The position numbers were made by a program, and so were the translations under genes. Positions 7,983-11,404 of a stretch of 11,404 nt of DNA are shown piece by piece. This DNA comes from Promethearchaeota archaeon (GTDB lineage Archaea; Asgardarchaeota; Lokiarchaeia; Sigyniarchaeales; SOKP01). The number at the start of each line of letters is the position of its first letter. The stretch's first letter is position 1. The stretch covers positions 1-11,404 of the forward strand of contig JAFGGO010000148.1 in NCBI GenBank assembly GCA_016930515.1, in the 5' to 3' direction. The notes under the pieces are model-generated. The model did not search any database and was not told where the DNA came from. It saw only the letters and a list, made by a program, of their open reading frames with translations.

Positions 7983-9065
7983 TTAAAAATTAGACGATGC
8001 GATGTAGGAAGAATCTCCAATAGTTATCTCGTTTTTTATCAAATCCTCTAATACAGAATAATCCCCTATAATGCTTCTAGATGTGATGATCTTTTCCAAT
8101 TGAGCCCCGTCGCCGATGACCGATTCGGATAAGATGCATTTATGAAGGTGCACGCCATCTCCTACAGAAACATTTGGTCCGATCACAGAATTTGTTATTT
8201 CCACATTTTCTCCAATAAACACTGGAGGGATTATTCTTGAATCCACGATATTATTTGTGGCGCGTAATTTCTCGTACAATGGATCTTCAATTTTCAAATC
8301 GATTAATAATTGCCGATTACCCTCTAAAAGCGTTTCAGGATGACCAAAGTCTAAAATGGTCGACCTCATCTCGTTAATGCCTACTTTAATACCTGAATTA
8401 ACGAGTTGATCGATTACATACGTTATCGTGTGTTCTTCACCGTTTTTAAGGACAACTTTGCTTTGTGCTTCGAGAAGTTCAAATAATTTTGGGGTAGAAC
8501 TCTTCCCAAATAAATATGCCCCTGCTACGGCGTAATCCGATACGAAACTTTTTGGTTTTTCTATAACGTGCTTTAAAAATTTCTTTGTTTCGTCTAAGAC
8601 TGTAACTCCATAAAATTGAGGTTGTTCAACCTTTTTTATGTTTATTACAGCATCGCAATCACCCTGATGATATCGCAAGAGTACTTGAGAGTAATCCTCC
8701 ATCGGAAGTCTATCACTTAGAAATATGAAACAATCGTCTCCTTTGACATATTCCTTTGCAAGAAGCACCGCATCCCCAAGTCCAGAGAAATAAGGCGTTT
8801 CTGCAGAATATCCAAGTGGTTTTTGTTCTACAAATACTAATTTAAAGTAATCTGAATATTGAGAGGTGATATATTCTGAAACGAGTTTCTTCTTGTATCC
8901 TACAACGAAAAGTAGGTTTGTACCATTAGGAAATGTCTTCTTAAGTGTTATCAAAATATGATCTATGAGCCGCTTTCCCGCGACTTTTAGAAAGGCTTTT
9001 GGTTTAGAGTAAGTAAAAGGTTGTAATCGTTTTCCCACTCCAGCAATTGGACAGATAAGCCACAT
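7983..9065 (-). CDS. Sugar-phosphate nucleotidyltransferase with C-terminal left-handed beta-helix (long-form glucose-1-P thymidylyltransferase-like)
   Basis: AGVGKRLQPFTYSKPK signature, GLGDAV, YGV, IEKP, DFG; hexapeptide repeats IIPPVFIGENVEITNSVIGPNVSVGDG...SVIGDGA...SIIGDYS. Confidence 0.92.
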   Translation of the reverse strand: MWLICPIAGVGKRLQPFTYSKPKAFLKVAGKRLIDHILITLKKTFPNGTNLLFVVGYKKKLVSEYITSQYSDYFKLVFVEQKPLGYSAETPYFSGLGDAVLLAKEYVKGDDCFIFLSDRLPMEDYSQVLLRYHQGDCDAVINIKKVEQPQFYGVTVLDETKKFLKHVIEKPKSFVSDYAVAGAYLFGKSSTPKLFELLEAQSKVVLKNGEEHTITYVIDQLVNSGIKVGINEMRSTILDFGHPETLLEGNRQLLIDLKIEDPLYEKLRATNNIVDSRIIPPVFIGENVEITNSVIGPNVSVGDGVHLHKCILSESVIGDGAQLEKIITSRSIIGDYSVLEDLIKNEITIGDSSYIASSNF

Positions 9066-9106
9066 AATGAATATAATAAAGATGAATTTATTAAAAACGA
9101 TTCGCT

Positions 9107-9637
9107 TCAGAGCTTTAAAATGTCGTTCAGAACATTGTATTGTTTCTCTTCTTTAAGCTTGAGTTGGATAACTTGTTTTAACTTTTTCAAGTAATAATGA
9201 TCAGAAGTTGTTAGGGTTTGTCCTATTATTTTTTTATTTATCGCAATTCTGGTCTTTTCGTCCAAGAAATCCGGTGGAATGTTTCTATATTTCTCTTTCA
9301 AATCAATTATTCTCGATTTTATTTCAATTTTTGATTCTTTTTGAGCCTCAACTTTTAATTTGGTATTTAAATTTCTTACCCACATTTCAATCTTTTCTAA
9401 ATCTCCTTTCAAGTAAGATCTTGAATTCAACCATTCTTTAAACTGAATAACCGTGCTTAAAAAATCACTTGGAAGTACTTCCTTTTCATGAGTCTTTGAA
9501 TTTTTTCCTATAATTACTTTACGAAGCTGTTTTTTTTTGAGCTCTATAATTTCTTGCTCCGAAAGCTTATTGAATTTTTTGTCAATCTTTTTTTTGTTTT
9601 CATTTGAACCAAAGGCAAGCCACTTGTCTATTGTCAT
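9107..9637 (-). CDS. Hypothetical Lys-rich helical protein
   Basis: 176 aa from ATG 9637 (alternative TTG 9646). Hand count 34 K + 6 R versus 25 D/E. 41 nt upstream of and co-oriented with the nucleotidyltransferase. Confidence 0.8.
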   Translation of the reverse strand: MTIDKWLAFGSNENKKKIDKKFNKLSEQEIIELKKKQLRKVIIGKNSKTHEKEVLPSDFLSTVIQFKEWLNSRSYLKGDLEKIEMWVRNLNTKLKVEAQKESKIEIKSRIIDLKEKYRNIPPDFLDEKTRIAINKKIIGQTLTTSDHYYLKKLKQVIQLKLKEEKQYNVLNDILKL

Positions 9638-10327
9638 AATATTCAATGGATATAGTTGTTTTTTCAGTAATTAAATTTTCATATTAATCTCTTAGTAATT
9701 CAGGGTTTTAAACACACCATTTTTTATTTAATTTAATAATTTTACTTTATGTTTTTATAAGACACATTCTTCAATTCTTTCTTGTTATAAAGAAAATATT
9801 TCCAGAAATCCACTATCTTTTTTAATGTTTGTGTTTGTGGTTATTGAATACAACAATAATCGTTAAGAAATAGAGATATATCTCAATCTTATGGGTTATT
9901 ATAATTTCAAACTGAAGAATCGATACGTTTAACGATAGGATATATTTCTAATACTTTTAAACATTTACTCTGAGGATTTTGTAATATAATTTATTCCTAA
10001 TCTTTATTTCTATCGTTTATTTCCAAGAACAAGACTTAACAATTAATAAAAAATGCTTTTTTATTTATTCTTTATTCGTGATAAAGATTCCAAACCATCG
10101 AGCGAGAATTTGATCAATCTTTTTATTATTCTAAAGAGATTGGCTTATTTAGGTTCCTCATATTTATAACCATTAATAATTCAGATTTGGGTTTCAATTA
10201 TAAGATTTGAAGCGATTTTGGAAAAAAAGTGCTAACTTTTACCAAATCGATCATCTTCCCATTTCTGATTTTTGTCGTGAAATTTTTTCGTTTTTTTTCT
10301 TAATATTCTTCTCAACATACCAAAATC

Positions 10328-10335
10328 TTTAAATA
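10328..10335 (+). promoter_or_regulatory. Putative TATA box of the histone gene
   Basis: TTTAAATA preceded by BRE-like CCAAAATC; implies a start site near 10360 and an A-rich leader of about 60 nt. Confidence 0.5.
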
Positions 10336-10400
10336 GATAAACGATAATAACATTATTAAGCAACAATAAAATTTTTAAAAAAATAAGAAAAATAATAAGT

Positions 10401-10405
10401 GGAGG
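10401..10405 (+). promoter_or_regulatory. Shine-Dalgarno-like site
   Basis: GGAGG 12 nt upstream of the histone ATG in an otherwise very AT-rich context. Confidence 0.6.
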
Positions 10406-10417
10406 AATGAAGTTAAA

Positions 10418-10630
10418 ATGTCCGATTACATTTCATGGAGTCCTATTCGAAGGTTAATGAAGCACAACGGCGCTTTAATCGTAGCTCGAGACGCTGTTGA
10501 CGAGTTAGTAGATTGGATGGGCAAAAGTGCAGAAGGTATCACCAAGAAAGCCTTGCAATTAACCAAGCACTCCAAACGAAAGAAAATTACCCGCGATGAC
10601 ATCTTGCTTGCCATTAAATACTTTAAGTAA
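10418..10630 (+). CDS. Archaeal histone (HMf-type single histone fold, no tail)
   Basis: 70 aa aligning without gaps to HMfB (offset +2): P9, R12, G18, L48, H51, R54, K55, D61 and L64 conserved. SD-like site upstream, oligo-T downstream. Confidence 0.95.
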   Translation: MSDYISWSPIRRLMKHNGALIVARDAVDELVDWMGKSAEGITKKALQLTKHSKRKKITRDDILLAIKYFK

Positions 10631-10659
10631 TAATATTGTGAGCAATATGTTATAATTAC

Positions 10660-10668
10660 TTTTTTTTT
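10660..10668 (+). terminator. Oligo-T archaeal-type terminator of the histone gene
   Basis: T9 run about 30 nt after the stop, followed by another T5 and preceded by a small hairpin at 10633-10648. Confidence 0.6.
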
Positions 10669-10868
10669 CATTTTTAATTTATAATAATATCCTATTTTTA
10701 AAATAATTGAAACTAAGATATATCTCTAAGAAATAAAAGTTTTCAGCAATAAAAGAATATGAAAACTAGGTATCTCATTAAAATATAATAAATTTGAAAT
10801 ATTTTTAAATAAATAGTTAAGACAGTTCAAAAAGATCGAATAATTATAGCAAAATTTATCGTGTTAAA

Positions 10869-11404
10869 ATGAGTCTTAAACAACTGAACAACGAAGAAAA
10901 AGAGATATTGCATATCGTTAAAAAATTTCTTAAAAAAAAACCTTTCGTTCAAATTATTGAACTAATTAACTTTACTGACAAGTGTCTTAAAAATAACGAG
11001 AACTACAACAGAAATAGCATTGAAAAAATCATTAAGTCTCTCATAAAAAAAAATATAATCTTGATAGGAAGTAATATTACACGAGGAGATATTTTTAACA
11101 CACCATTAAGAGGAAAAATTTATCAATACATTCGAAATAATCCTGGAATTAATATCAATGATGTTAAAAACAAGTTTAATATTGGAAGTAATCAAACAAT
11201 ATGGCACATCAGAATGCTAAACGATTTTGAATTTATTAGGATAGTAAAAATACGAAATCAAAAAGCATTATTTGACATTGATTTGGATGAAAATAAAGAC
11301 ATGCTCCTTTTTTATTTAAGAAACGAAAAAGTTCAAGAAATTATCAATTTGCTTTTAGCCAGAAATGACCCGTTAAGACCAACAATAATCTCTGAATCGC
11401 TAAA
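10869..11404 (+). CDS. Multi-winged-helix-turn-helix transcriptional regulator (COG3398-like), 3'-truncated by window edge
   Basis: Manually translated, open to the window end: MSLKQLNNEEKEILHIVKKFL...IEKIIKSLIKKNIILIGSNITRGDIFNTPLRGKIYQYIRNNPGININDVKNKFNIGSNQTIWHIRMLNDFEFIR...LRNEKVQEIINLLL...LRPTIISESL. R-x-x-I-Y-x-Y-I-x-x-N-P-G and WHIRML are typical archaeal wHTH motifs. TTTAAATA at 10804-10811. Confidence 0.88.
   Translation, partial: MSLKQLNNEEKEILHIVKKFLKKKPFVQIIELINFTDKCLKNNENYNRNSIEKIIKSLIKKNIILIGSNITRGDIFNTPLRGKIYQYIRNNPGININDVKNKFNIGSNQTIWHIRMLNDFEFIRIVKIRNQKALFDIDLDENKDMLLFYLRNEKVQEIINLLLARNDPLRPTIISESL

Noticed and set aside
9208-9441. 77-aa hydrophobic + strand ORF
   Set aside because: Phe/Leu richness is the antisense image of Lys/Glu codons in the - strand gene.
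10045-10065. Inverted repeat AATAAAAAA-tgc-TTTTTTATT
   Set aside because: A/T-only arms are expected by chance in this composition; could at most be a weak terminator.
9647-10417. Replication origin, CRISPR array, tRNA or IS element
   Set aside because: No ORB G-string boxes or adjacent cdc6/orc1, no regularly spaced direct repeats, no cloverleaf and no transposase remnant seen.
10407-10457. Out-of-frame uORF MKLKCPITFHGVLFEG overlapping the histone start
   Set aside because: Its ATG is only 1 nt from GGAGG, too close for SD-led initiation; no further support.
10426-10671. 81-aa - strand ORF
   Set aside because: Antisense to the histone; its MKKK start mirrors the T-tract terminator.

Overview
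AT-rich archaeal chromosomal window, most likely from an Asgard archaeon of the Lokiarchaeia/Promethearchaeia type. That assignment is inferred from the histone (ISWSPIRRLMK...KRKKITRDDI), the multi-wHTH regulator, the orphan 7TM protein and TATA-type promoters; no database search was run. Gene order: small 2-TM protein (+), DUF1624/HGSNAT-like membrane acyltransferase (+), M24 metallopeptidase (-), orphan (+), FAM173/aKMT-like lysine methyltransferase (-), 7TM protein (+), gpmI (-), amidase (+), sugar-phosphate nucleotidyltransferase (-), basic orphan (-), about 770 bp non-coding, tail-less histone (+), and a winged-HTH regulator running off the right edge (absent from the ORF track). I saw no mobile element, CRISPR, tRNA or rRNA. 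The best candidate for something undescribed is the histone locus: a long hairpin- and palindrome-rich upstream region, a 13-bp inverted repeat bracketing the histone, a 3' stem-loop, a divergent Lys-rich orphan and an adjacent wHTH regulator, with a lysine methyltransferase about 6.5 kb away. Also notable are four consecutive tail-to-tail gene pairs with 1-8 nt gaps and a shared pre-start motif in three genes. All system-level interpretations are hypotheses.
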